Source: Sulfitobacter sp. (GTDB taxonomy: Bacteria > Pseudomonadota > Alphaproteobacteria > Rhodobacterales > Rhodobacteraceae). From it: 64,000 bases of DNA. Below the pieces are notes generated by a model. The model saw only the letters and a list, made by a program, of their open reading frames with translations, was not told the DNA's origin and did no database searches. How positions within the stretch are numbered: the first letter of the stretch is position 1; every line of letters begins with the position of its first letter. A program made the position numbers and the translations under genes. The stretch is taken from NCBI GenBank assembly GCA_039986635.1, contig JBDWQI010000157.1, positions 321,609 through 385,608 on the forward strand, read 5' to 3'. Positions 49,919-59,099 of the stretch are shown piece by piece.

Positions 49919-50662
49919 TTATCCCAGCGCGCTTTCTTCAAGCCCCAACTGGCGACAAATCATCGCCGCATCGTCTTTGCGTTCGACGGCCAAGGCACTG
50001 GCGGTAGACGGCGGCAAGCCAGAGGTGTTTGCGGCCTTTGTCAGATGCCCAAATTTCGCCGGTGACTGGCCGACAAAGGCGTCAAAGCTGGCTGGGTTCT
50101 GAGTGCAGAGTGCCGTCGCCCAATTCACCATAGCAGGCGTGATATGGCCTTCAGCACGGGCGGCTTGCACCTGCGCCTGTGCATGGGATTCGGCCTGCGC
50201 ACTGGCTTGTTCCTTGCGATCATCCATAGCGCTTTTCATGGCCTCAATCGGCACCTATTTCTCCGGGTCGGGCATGGCGTCCAGCGCTTTATCCAGCGCC
50301 TGCGCAATCTCGTCATCGCTGACGCTGTCAGACAGACCCAGCATCTTTTTGATGCGCCGGGTCAACGTCATGTCATCCGGCTTTGAACCGGGGGTGTTCT
50401 TGTCCATGGTGAAATCCTCTGAGGCAAGGGCGGTAAGGGTGAGATTGGGGTGGTGAACAAGGCCCGCGCCATTCAGCCAACGGACCTCGGTTTCGCCGGG
50501 GCGATACATCAGCATCGGGCTGAGATAGCGGTATGCTTTCTGCGCGATCAGTTCGCGCGCCTTGCCGGTCCAGTCTACGCGGCCCCAGATGCCATCGGCG
50601 CGGGCCTGCAATTCCTTGATCCATCCGGCGGCGGGAATGGGGCCGCTCCGTTTTTCAGACTG
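49919..50662 (-). pseudogene. Mu-like I/Z prohead protease-scaffold, 5'-truncated with an in-frame amber stop
   Basis: QSEKRSGPIPAAGWIKELQARADGIWGRVDWT...YRYLSP...GAGLVHHPNL; PDPEK*(TAG 50255-50257)VPIE continues in frame to ITPAMVNWA...ICRQLGL. Confidence 0.85.
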
Positions 50663-50891
50663 GGTTCACAATCTTGAAACCGTGGGCTTCCAAGTTATGG
50701 ACAATGCGAGGTCCTAACCACTCGCGCAATTGCGGGAATTGCCCCATCCAACCATAGGTTTCATCTGCGCCGACGCTGGTGGATTGCATGGCAATCTTGT
50801 TCCAGTTCGGTTCGGCTTTCAGAAAGGCGTCTGTGTAGACGGTTTTGAAACCCTGAAAAACAAGATCGAGGGTCTGCGCGTTGACAAGCAT
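50655..50891 (-). pseudogene. Mu-like major head subunit gpT, N-terminal 78 aa only
   Basis: MLVNAQTLDLVFQGFKT...KIAM..S....ETYGWMGQFPQLREWLG.R...L.AHGF.I.N then stop; RBS AAAAGGA. Confidence 0.8.
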
Positions 50892-51052
50892 GTGGGGCGG
50901 TCCTTTTGAGATTGGCAAGGCCCGGAAAGCAATCCCGGACGGTTGCGGATAACTTAGGACGGCACCGGATGGCCGGACATCCACAAGCATATTGCGGGGA
51001 AGGGTTTGAGGGGAAATGATTGGCTCCAAGCCGGACGTCCTAAACGACCGAG

Positions 51053-51217
51053 TTAAAAGCAAGGTACCTGATGCGCAGCCAGAGTCTTTTCGCCATCCAA
51101 GATGGTAATTTTTGACCCGGTTCGGAGATCAGCGAGCAGTGTGTTTGACCGGACTTCAATTCTTAAACGGTTTTCCGCGCCGTTTAAACGGTATGATTGG
51201 TTTTCATAGGGTTGCAT
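51053..51217 (-). CDS. Possible 54-aa ORF
   Basis: Hand translation MQPYENQSYRLNGAENRLRIEVRSNTLLADLRTGSKITILDGEKTLAAHQVPCF. Confidence 0.25.
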   Translation of the reverse strand: MQPYENQSYRLNGAENRLRIEVRSNTLLADLRTGSKITILDGEKTLAAHQVPCF

Positions 51218-51308
51218 AGCTCTTGAGCATGAGGCGGCGCTCTACGGGCATTTTTTCGGGTTGTCGGAAATGAATGCGGCGGGCAATCTGGCCCGCCGCT
51301 TACTTTCT

Positions 51309-51440
51309 TCATCTCTTTCCCGGTTTATTGGTAGGAGGATCGTCCAAAGCCGGAAGATGCCCCTGCCGAATGAGTTCCCGAATTTGATCTGGAGGCAATT
51401 TTAGCAGGCGCTCAATGACTTCAATCCTATCATTCAGCAT
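51309..51440 (-). CDS. Possible 43-aa phage ORF directly after GemA
   Basis: MLNDRIEVIERLLKLPPDQIRELIRQGHLPALDDPPTNKPGKR; ATG 2 nt after the GemA stop; GC hairpin 51277-51300 follows. Confidence 0.35.
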   Translation of the reverse strand: MLNDRIEVIERLLKLPPDQIRELIRQGHLPALDDPPTNKPGKR

Positions 51441-51442
51441 AT

Positions 51443-51824
51443 CTACGCCGCTCGCGCTTTCATCGCCTTGAGCGCAGTTAGGACCTTCTGAGCGGCATCC
51501 TTGCGCAGGAACCGCAGGCTTGAGGTTTTCCACGTTCCCAGAAGCCATTTGTTCAGCTCATCTTCACCAGCCTTGCCGCCCGTGTATTCGTGCCACAAGG
51601 CGCGAACCAGCTCCAGTTGCGCAAAGCTCGCCATGCCGGGGCGGTTGCCGTAATCGGCCCCGGTTGCGACCAATGGTGCAAAGCCCAAGTATTCGAAGAA
51701 CCCCATGATTGCATTGAAACCGTCCCTGTCCAGTTCTGTCGCGCTGCTCACGCCCCGCGACGTGGACAAGCGTGGCCCGATACTCAGCCTCGCTCAGGTT
51801 CAGCTTGCCCTTTGCCACACGCAA
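51443..51824 (-). pseudogene. GemA/gp16 (DUF1018) regulatory protein, frameshifted
   Basis: LRVAKGKLNLSEAEYRATLVHVAG | VSSATELDRDGF...FEYLGF...KAMKAR; frames join if one C of the run at 51753-51756 is removed. Confidence 0.8.
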
Positions 51825-52195
51825 AACGCTGTTGCGATGCGAAGGACGTTCTCGACATTAGGCAAGCCGCCCGCGAGCCTTGCAACTGCGTCAAGCGCGT
51901 GGCGAGCCTTCGGCGCGGCAAATGGTGTCCCTTGCGTCAATGCGGCAATGTCAGCCTGAGATGGCGGCTGGATCACAACCGGACGGATCATCCGGCTTTG
52001 AAGTTGAGGGTACCGGGCGATGATGTTCGCGAGTGAACTGTCACCACAAAACACTAGATGAAAGTTACCGTTTTCCGCCGCCGCCCGCAGCCATTCAAAA
52101 ACCTCCGCCCTCTGACCAGTGCGGACGTTCTTCTGGTCCAAATACTGCGCCTCATCGACCACGAGACTACGAAGCTCGTTTGTTTCATGGTCCAC
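51800..52195 (-). pseudogene. MuB-like AAA+ transposition ATPase, C-terminal fragment
   Basis: LVVDEAQYL (Walker B), EWLR, LVFCGD, QLQSR; no Walker A, stop upstream. Confidence 0.7.
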
Positions 52196-52205
52196 TGTCC
52201 ACCGC

Positions 52206-52229
52206 TTTCAACGGTTTGACCCCGAAAGA
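52206..52229 (+). repeat. Right boundary direct repeat
   Basis: TTTCAACGGTTTGACCCCGAAAGA; 12-bp core GGTTTGACCCCG identical to the left copy. Confidence 0.7.
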
Positions 52230-52307
52230 CCAACGCAGGTATTCACCGCCCGGGCCGAAAACCCGCCTCAGCGGCTCTTCTGTCGGGCATGGATGGAGAC
52301 CCAATCG

Positions 52308-53039
52308 TTAGAGCACACGTGAGAGAAAAGTTCTGGTGCGCGCTTGTTGTGGTGCGGTAAACAGTGTTTCGGGCGGGCCTTGTTCCAAGATGCGACCGTC
52401 ATCAAGGAAACAAACTTTGTCCGCCAATTCCCGCGCAAATCCCATTTCATGCGTGGCAAGAACCATCGTCATCCCTTGCCGCCGCAATTCACGCAGCACA
52501 TCAAGCACCTCCCCGACGATCTCGGGATCAAGAGCGCTGGTTATCTCATCGAACAACATGATCTGTGGGTCCATTGCCAGCGCACGGATGATTGCGACCC
52601 GTTGCTGCTGGCCGCCGGAAAGTTGATCAGGATAATGTGCCATCCGATTGCTCAGACCAAATCGCGCAAACAGCTCAATAACTTGCGGCTGCAAATCCTC
52701 TCGGCTTAACCCCTTTACCCGGCGCGGGGCCAGCATCACGTTTTCCGCCGCCGTCATATGCGGAAAAAGGTTAAAGTTTTGGAAGACAATGCCTATTTGC
52801 CTGCGCACGTCCTGCGGGTCGAGGCCGGGCTCGGAAATGTCGATACCATCCAGAAAAATCGCCCCGTCATCGATTGGTTCAAGCAAGTTCATGCAGCGCA
52901 ATAAGGTAGATTTGCCAGATCCTGACGCCCCAATCAAACAGACCATCTCGCCTTGGGCGATATCAAGATCGATGCCTTTGCAAACCTCGTGATCTCCAAA
53001 CCGTTTTCGCACGCCACGCAGGGTCAATTTCGCAGTCAT
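52308..53039 (-). CDS. Polar amino-acid ABC ATP-binding protein
   Basis: GASGSGKST, LSGGQQQR, FDEITSALDPE, THEMGFA. Confidence 0.93.
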   Translation of the reverse strand: MTAKLTLRGVRKRFGDHEVCKGIDLDIAQGEMVCLIGASGSGKSTLLRCMNLLEPIDDGAIFLDGIDISEPGLDPQDVRRQIGIVFQNFNLFPHMTAAENVMLAPRRVKGLSREDLQPQVIELFARFGLSNRMAHYPDQLSGGQQQRVAIIRALAMDPQIMLFDEITSALDPEIVGEVLDVLRELRRQGMTMVLATHEMGFARELADKVCFLDDGRILEQGPPETLFTAPQQARTRTFLSRVL

Positions 53040-53896
53040 GACCGCGCTCGGTTCTGTTTGCTCATCAGATAGTCTGCATATCGTGTTGCGGGGATGGTGA
53101 GCGCCAGAAAGATCAGCGCCGCGCCGACGTAGGGGGTGAAATTTGCAAAGAGCGACTTATAAACCCCGGCTTGGCGAAAAATCTCAACTGGGCCGATAAA
53201 AGACAAAAGTGCTACGTCTTTTTGCAAAGCGATGAAAAGGTTCATATTGGCGGGAACGACGTTGCGAATGGCTTGGGGGAGGATGACAAAACGCATTGTG
53301 TCTTGCGCATCAAGCCCGAGCGATTCCGCGGCGGATCTTTGCGATTGGTGGATTGATTCAATGCCGGAACGAAGGACTTCGGCGACATAGGCAGAATAGA
53401 CCAACACAAGTGCCAATGTGCCCCAGATATAGGGGCTGTTCCATGGGCGCGGCAGGCCCAGACCGGGTACACCGAACCCGATAATATAGATGACAAGCAC
53501 CACAGGCAGACCGCGAAAGATATCGGTATAGGCAACCCCGAATAACCGCAGTGGAAATAGAGCAGGCGAGCGGGTGTCACGGCACAAGGCAATTGCAAGT
53601 CCGGTTAACGCAATCAGCGGTGCTGACCACGCAAAAATCATTACGTTTAGAACAAAGGCTTCAAGCAGCCCGGGAAAGGTCGCTGCAAAAACGCGGCCAT
53701 TGAAAAAGGAACGTTGCACCGCGTCCCAACCGGGCGCCAAGGGCACCAGCACTATGATAAAAAGCACAACACATAAGGTAGAGATTAAGGCAATGCGGTT
53801 GGATCGGCGCCGGACTGCAGCTTCATAGATGTCACGGCGCGTGGGTTTGGAGGCGGAATGCTCCGCCTCCTGCTTTTGCAACGATGTGTCAGCCAT
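53036..53896 (-). CDS. Polar amino-acid ABC permease
   Basis: DIFRGLP, YSAYVAEVLRSGI, ILPQA.R, QKD. Confidence 0.9.
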   Translation of the reverse strand: MADTSLQKQEAEHSASKPTRRDIYEAAVRRRSNRIALISTLCVVLFIIVLVPLAPGWDAVQRSFFNGRVFAATFPGLLEAFVLNVMIFAWSAPLIALTGLAIALCRDTRSPALFPLRLFGVAYTDIFRGLPVVLVIYIIGFGVPGLGLPRPWNSPYIWGTLALVLVYSAYVAEVLRSGIESIHQSQRSAAESLGLDAQDTMRFVILPQAIRNVVPANMNLFIALQKDVALLSFIGPVEIFRQAGVYKSLFANFTPYVGAALIFLALTIPATRYADYLMSKQNRARS

Positions 53897-54721
53897 TTAC
53901 TCGATGACCGGAACGCCTGTGGCTTCAGCGAGCCACTTTGCCTCAATGGCAGAAAGCTCACCGCTTTCGCTCAATTCCGAGATCGCAGCATTCACACATT
54001 CTCTAAGCGGATTACCCTCTTCCATCAGCAGGCCAAATTGATCTGGCCGTTCAGATTGATTTGAGGGAAATTGACCAAGCAGCGCGCCACCTTCGACCAC
54101 AACCCCGGACAGGTAGAGCGCCGTGGGCAGATCATACAGCGCGGCGTCGATCTGGCCTGCCATGATCGCGGCATTCACATCTGCATTGTCGTTATAAAGC
54201 AGTGGGTCGCTTGCGGGCTGGATCACGTCAGTGAGTATCGGAAGGGCCGTAGTGGTGGCCACTGCGCCCCATTTGAGCTCCTTCAGGCTGTCCAAATTTG
54301 CTTGTGCGCCGCCATCGATCACCCGTTGTGTGGTCAACACAGCCATAGGCGAGGTGAAGTAGGGCAAACTGAAGTCAACCATTTCCTCCCGCTCGGGTGT
54401 GATCGAATACTGTTGCATGTTAAAGTCAAAGTTCTTTGCGCCGGGTTGGATCGCTTCATCAAAGCTGGTGCGCACCCAGGTCACGTCATCCGCAGCAAAC
54501 CCCATTTTCGCGGCAATTGCATAGGCCACCGCAGCCTCAAATCCTTCGCCGCTTTCAGGTGCGTCATTCATAACCCATGGATAATACGCTGGATTCCCGG
54601 TGGCGATGGTCAAGGTGCCATCGGTGAGGGTCTTCCCTTCAGTGCAGGCTCTATGGCTCGCGGCGAGCGCCGAAGACGCAGAGATAGCCAAGGCCATCGT
54701 TGTCGTTGTGAGCAGTTTCAT
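53897..54721 (-). CDS. Amino-acid ABC substrate-binding protein (cluster 3)
   Basis: Sec signal; GEGFEAAVA, SITPER...VDFSLPY. Confidence 0.88.
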   Translation of the reverse strand: MKLLTTTTMALAISASSALAASHRACTEGKTLTDGTLTIATGNPAYYPWVMNDAPESGEGFEAAVAYAIAAKMGFAADDVTWVRTSFDEAIQPGAKNFDFNMQQYSITPEREEMVDFSLPYFTSPMAVLTTQRVIDGGAQANLDSLKELKWGAVATTTALPILTDVIQPASDPLLYNDNADVNAAIMAGQIDAALYDLPTALYLSGVVVEGGALLGQFPSNQSERPDQFGLLMEEGNPLRECVNAAISELSESGELSAIEAKWLAEATGVPVIE

Positions 54722-54876
54722 CCAATCGTCTCCCCATTTTATAATTGGACAGAAAGTTCCACGAAAGAACCGCTTTGTCCAGTTCGTTGACCAATCGGTA
54801 AAAGTTGCGCTGATGACCAGATTTACAGGCGACCGGGCAACAGATCAACGCAGTCGCGTTCCTTAGGATCAGGGCC

Positions 54877-56112
54877 CTAATTGGTCTGTTCTGCCAATTG
54901 GCGTTCCCGGCGGATGACCATCATGATGGAGATGACACCAGCAATCGCAGTGATCAGCATGATCAGGATCAATGGGTAAGCGCCGGTTTCAGGTGTGAGC
55001 AACAAACCAGCCAGCACAGCCAAGCCCGCGCCGCCCCCGATCATGATCGCGCCACCCAAACCAGCGGCTGTGCCCGCCAGATGTGGCCGCACGGACAACA
55101 TGCCAGCGGTTGCATTCGGGATGCATAACCCGTTGCCCAACCCGACCAAAGTCATCAGGCCAAAGAACGTCTCGGCCGAACCATGTCCCGTCAGGAATAT
55201 CAACAAGGACAAGGCTCCTCCGGTTGCATTGGCAAGACAGCCCCACAACACCATGTTATTAACGCCAAAACGTTGCGCAAACAGCCCGGTCAAGAAGTTG
55301 CCCGAGAAATATCCCACAGCGGGCGCGCCAAAATATAGCCCAAGCCAAAAGGGATCGAGCCCAAAGACCGTGGTTCCTACAAAAGGCGCACCACCCAGAT
55401 AGGCAAAGAACGCTCCAGAACAGAAGGCCGTCGCCAGCGCATATCCCCAGAACCGCCGGGCGCGCAGCAATTCTGGGTATTCGCGGAACTGACCAAGGAT
55501 GGAATTGTCATTTTCCCGCGCAGTTTCGCCCATGTCGAAAATCACCAAGGTCAGCACGCCACATGCAATGGCTACCATCAGCCAAAACGTCAGGTGCCAA
55601 TCTCCAAATTGTTCAATGGCCCCGCCAACAGCCGGTGCAACCATTGGCACCAACGCCACCCCCATTGTGACATACCCCATTTTTGAGGCCGCCTGGTCTT
55701 GTGTGTAAAGATCGCGAAGGACGGCTCGGCTCAGCACCATTGCTGTGGCGATGATGGCCTGTCCCACCCGGCAAATCAAAAACACGGTGGTGGTCGGGGC
55801 AAAGATGCACCCGAGGGTCGCAGCGATGAACAAAATCAAACCGCCAATCATGACAGGACGTCGCCCCAGATTGTCGGACAATGGGCCTATGAACAGCTGC
55901 ATCACAGCGCTGAACAACAAAAACAACGGCACGGACAGCTGCATGACCGCATAGCTGGTGCCAAAATAGTCCGCCATATGCGGCAAGCTGGGCAGAAAAA
56001 TATTCATAGCCAGCGCGCCCAGCCCGGCCAATAGGATCAGCGTCGCAACATGCGGAGGCGATGTGCGATCAAGAAAACGTATTTTAGGGGGCGCTTGTGG
56101 GGGGGTATTCAT
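54877..56112 (-). CDS. Bcr/CflA-family MFS efflux transporter
   Basis: MNIFLPSLP, GPLSDNLGRRPV, GAPFV; 12 TM. Confidence 0.9.
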   Translation of the reverse strand: MNTPPQAPPKIRFLDRTSPPHVATLILLAGLGALAMNIFLPSLPHMADYFGTSYAVMQLSVPLFLLFSAVMQLFIGPLSDNLGRRPVMIGGLILFIAATLGCIFAPTTTVFLICRVGQAIIATAMVLSRAVLRDLYTQDQAASKMGYVTMGVALVPMVAPAVGGAIEQFGDWHLTFWLMVAIACGVLTLVIFDMGETARENDNSILGQFREYPELLRARRFWGYALATAFCSGAFFAYLGGAPFVGTTVFGLDPFWLGLYFGAPAVGYFSGNFLTGLFAQRFGVNNMVLWGCLANATGGALSLLIFLTGHGSAETFFGLMTLVGLGNGLCIPNATAGMLSVRPHLAGTAAGLGGAIMIGGGAGLAVLAGLLLTPETGAYPLILIMLITAIAGVISIMMVIRRERQLAEQTN

Positions 56113-56170
56113 GCAAATGCAACTAAACCGGTCGGTTTGAAATGTCGAGATGCGGATGAAAAATATTCAA

Positions 56171-56211
56171 ATTTGCATTATGCAAATGCATCGCTGAATA
56201 AACTTTGCAAA
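56171..56211. promoter_or_regulatory. ScfR/PccR-type binding sites in the bcr/pccB divergent promoter
   Basis: ATTTGCA-tta-TGCAAAT (56171-56187) and TTTGCAAA (56204-56211). Confidence 0.6.
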
Positions 56212-56283
56212 TATTCATGAACTCTCTTTCATCCTTTGGCTGACCCCTTGTATTATCGCGCAGATGCTAATCAGGGGTAAGTC

Positions 56284-57816
56284 ATGAAAGATATTCTCGA
56301 ACAGCTAGAGGAACGACGCGAAGCTGCCCGGATGGGCGGAGGCCAAAAGCGCATCGACGCGCAACATGGCCGGGGCAAATTGACGGCCCGCGAACGGGTT
56401 GATCTGCTGCTCGATGAGGGGTCATTCGAAGAATTTGACATGTTTGTCAGCCATCGGTGCACAGATTTTGGCATGGAAAATCAAAAGCCTGCCGGGGATG
56501 GCGTGGTCACCGGCTGGGGGACGATCAACGGGCGCCTGGTCTATGTGTTTTCTCAGGACTTTACGGTGCTTGGCGGATCTGTTTCTGAAACCCATGCCAA
56601 AAAGATTTGCAAAATTATGGATTTGGCCATGCAAAATGGCGCGCCGGTCATTGGGATCAACGATTCCGGCGGGGCCCGTATTCAGGAGGGCGTAGATTCG
56701 CTTGGCGGCTACGGTGAGATATTTCAACGCAACATCATGGCCTCTGGTGTGGTCCCGCAAATCAGCGTGATCATGGGCCCCTGCGCTGGCGGGGCGGTCT
56801 ATTCTCCTGCGATGACCGACTTTATCTTTATGGTCAAAGACAGCTCCTACATGTTTGTCACAGGCCCGGAGGTTGTCAAAACCGTCACCAACGAACAAGT
56901 CACCGCAGAAGAACTGGGCGGGGCGACAACCCACACCAAAAAATCCTCAGTGGCGGATGCAGCGTTTGAAAACGATGTCGAAGCTTTGGCCGAGGTGCGG
57001 CGGTTGGTGGATTTCCTGCCTGCAGACAACCGCGAAGCGCCCCCCGTGCGCCCCTTCTTTGACGCGCCTGACCGGATCGAAGCGTCGTTGGATACCTTGG
57101 TGCCTGCAAACGCAAATACACCCTATGATATGAAGGAATTGATCTTAAAATTGGGTGATGAGGGCGATTTCTACGAGATCCAGGAAGATTTTGCCAAAAA
57201 CATCATCACCGGGTTTATCCGCATCGAAGGTCGCACCGTGGGGGTGGTCGCCAATCAACCTATGGTGCTGGCCGGGGTGCTCGACATTGACAGCTCTCGC
57301 AAAGCAGCCCGATTTGTGCGGTTCTGTGATGCCTTCGAAATCCCGATCCTGACATTGGTCGATGTGCCGGGATTTTTGCCGGGAACAACACAGGAATATG
57401 GCGGCGTGATCAAACACGGCGCAAAGCTGCTTTTTGCCTATGGCGAGGCCACCGTACCCATGGTCACCGTCATCACGCGCAAGGCCTACGGCGGGGCCTA
57501 TGACGTGATGGCATCCAAACACCTGCAATCAGACTTTAATTATGCTTGGCCAACCGCAGAAGTTGCGGTGATGGGGGCCAAAGGCGCAACCGAGATCATC
57601 CACCGTGCAGACCGCAATGACGCGGATAAAATTGCCCAACACACGGCAGACTACGAAGCGCGGTTTGCTAACCCCTTTATTGCGGCGGAGCGGGGATTTA
57701 TCGATGAGGTGATCCAGCCACGCACAACACGCAAAAGGATCGCCCGGGCTTTTGCATCACTGCGCAATAAGAAAAAGACGATGCCGTGGAAAAAACACGA
57801 TAATATTCCGCTGTAA
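56284..57816 (+). CDS. pccB: Propionyl-CoA carboxylase beta chain
   Basis: [56 protein letters not shown]. Confidence 0.95.
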   Translation: MKDILEQLEERREAARMGGGQKRIDAQHGRGKLTARERVDLLLDEGSFEEFDMFVSHRCTDFGMENQKPAGDGVVTGWGTINGRLVYVFSQDFTVLGGSVSETHAKKICKIMDLAMQNGAPVIGINDSGGARIQEGVDSLGGYGEIFQRNIMASGVVPQISVIMGPCAGGAVYSPAMTDFIFMVKDSSYMFVTGPEVVKTVTNEQVTAEELGGATTHTKKSSVADAAFENDVEALAEVRRLVDFLPADNREAPPVRPFFDAPDRIEASLDTLVPANANTPYDMKELILKLGDEGDFYEIQEDFAKNIITGFIRIEGRTVGVVANQPMVLAGVLDIDSSRKAARFVRFCDAFEIPILTLVDVPGFLPGTTQEYGGVIKHGAKLLFAYGEATVPMVTVITRKAYGGAYDVMASKHLQSDFNYAWPTAEVAVMGAKGATEIIHRADRNDADKIAQHTADYEARFANPFIAAERGFIDEVIQPRTTRKRIARAFASLRNKKKTMPWKKHDNIPL

Positions 57817-57866
57817 AAGAAAGATAGCCGTGTTCCAAATCACCCATATCGGTGCGCCTATGCCCC

Positions 57867-57922
57867 GTAAGGTGGACGTCTCGTCCACCCCGCAAGGGAG
57901 GTGTGCAAGATGCACCCCTTAC
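57867..57922. repeat. REP-like inverted doublet
   Basis: GTAAG-GTGGAC-gtctc-GTCCAC then the inverted unit GGTGTGCA-aga-TGCACC-cCTTAC; both ends carry a GTAAG foot. Confidence 0.45.
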
Positions 57923-58050
57923 CAGAGCGACAGAACATGAACACCAGCGATCAGCGCACCGTCAACGTCGAAAAGTCTGCCGCCCCGGATGTGGAGCGGG
58001 CGGGGCTGGTAAAGCGATCAACGCGATGTCTTGCACGGGCAAACCACGCC

Positions 58051-58431
58051 ATGAGAACCATCATCATGGCCTTGAGCCTCGCCGCTGGTCCGGCGCTGGC
58101 GCTTGATGTGCCATCCGGTCAAAAGGTGGATCTTCAGGAAGTATTGGTGGATCAGATCGGTGATGAGACATGGGTGCGGTTCCGCTTTGTGACGCCGCAA
58201 ATATCGCGGGACGGTGGGGATGTGGATTACGATGCCTCTACCCTTGATATGACACACTTATGCGAAGCGCTCGCGCTGCCCTATGCCGCCGAATATGAGC
58301 TTGGGGGGGATGTGATCGTAATCTCCTTCGCGGATCGAGAAACCGAGTTTGGGGTGGCTGACCCCGATGCAACACAGTTTTTCGAAGCCTTTCGCGCTGT
58401 GGATAACACCTGCATCTGGGAAGGATTGTGA
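58051..58431 (+). CDS. DUF6497-like exported protein
   Basis: Signal peptide, VPSGQ, RFRFV.PQI, LC..ALP, VISFADR..EFG..DP..TQFFE, CIWE. Confidence 0.65.
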   Translation: MRTIIMALSLAAGPALALDVPSGQKVDLQEVLVDQIGDETWVRFRFVTPQISRDGGDVDYDASTLDMTHLCEALALPYAAEYELGGDVIVISFADRETEFGVADPDATQFFEAFRAVDNTCIWEGL

Positions 58432-58645
58432 TGACACCGCAAGATATTGCGTCAAACTTGCGAATTGAACGGCATATTGAGGCTTCACGGTCACAAGTCC
58501 GCCGATTGCGTCCTGCCGGATATGTTTTCATTTCGGAGTGGTCTATGGTGCGATCAAGGAATACCCAAGTATCCCTTACCTCAGAAACGGGACGTGTGAG
58601 GCAGTTTAACGACGCGCGTCCCACTCACATAGTCAGGAGACACAG

Positions 58646-58795
58646 ATGTCAAAGAGCATCAAATTCTTCGCAGCTGCAGGCCTATTGGCCGCTGTTGCTG
58701 CGTGTTCTTCTTCCGGCCAGACGGAAGAAGAATTTGTTGTGGTTGAGCCCGAGCCCATCTCGGTTGAGCCAGAATACACAGGCAAATTCAAGTAA
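58646..58795 (+). CDS. 49-aa lipoprotein
   Basis: MSKSIKFFAAAGLLAAVAAC-SSSGQTEEEFVVVEPEPISVEPEYTGKFK; RBS CAGGAG; hairpin 58806-58829 follows; not in the ORF track. Confidence 0.8.
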   Translation: MSKSIKFFAAAGLLAAVAACSSSGQTEEEFVVVEPEPISVEPEYTGKFK

Positions 58796-58941
58796 ATTTG
58801 CTTTGGGGCAGGCGTTCGCGCCTGTCTCACCTCCCGTTACGGCTCTGAGCGCCAACCCGGATTTCGTAACACGTGGCATCGGTGTCCAAAGTAAAGGGCA
58901 CCTTTCCGGCGCATATCCCCTTCAACCTGTTTTTAATCCAA

Positions 58942-59099
58942 TAACGCGCACCTCCGGTGTGACCTCTGTAACGCGCACCTCCGGTGTGACCTCTGTAACG
59001 CGCACCTCCGGTGTGACCTCTGTAACGCGCACCTCCGGTGTGACTTCTGTAACGCGCACCTCCGGTGTGACTTCTGTAACGCGCACCTCTGGTGCGACC
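58942..59099. repeat. 27-bp tandem repeat, 5 full copies plus 1 degenerate copy
   Basis: TAACGCGCACCTCCGGTGTGAC(C/T)TCTG at 58942, 58969, 58996, 59023, 59050; variant at 59077. Confidence 0.95.

Larger units (their letters stand above)
49082..52229 (-). mobile_element. Decayed Mu-like (transposable-phage-derived) element, ~3.1 kb
   Basis: Fragments of MuB-like ATPase, GemA, gpT head, I/Z protease, Mor-like activator and gp27-like gene, all on the minus strand; flanked by imperfect 24-bp direct repeats. Confidence 0.85.

Noticed and set aside
50255-50257. Programmed amber readthrough or genetic recoding in the phage protease
   Set aside because: Neighbouring genes carry independent lesions (frameshift, truncations) and host genes use TAG as a normal stop; simple decay is more parsimonious
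58942-59099. CRISPR array
   Set aside because: Units are contiguous with no unique spacers, and there are no cas genes in the window
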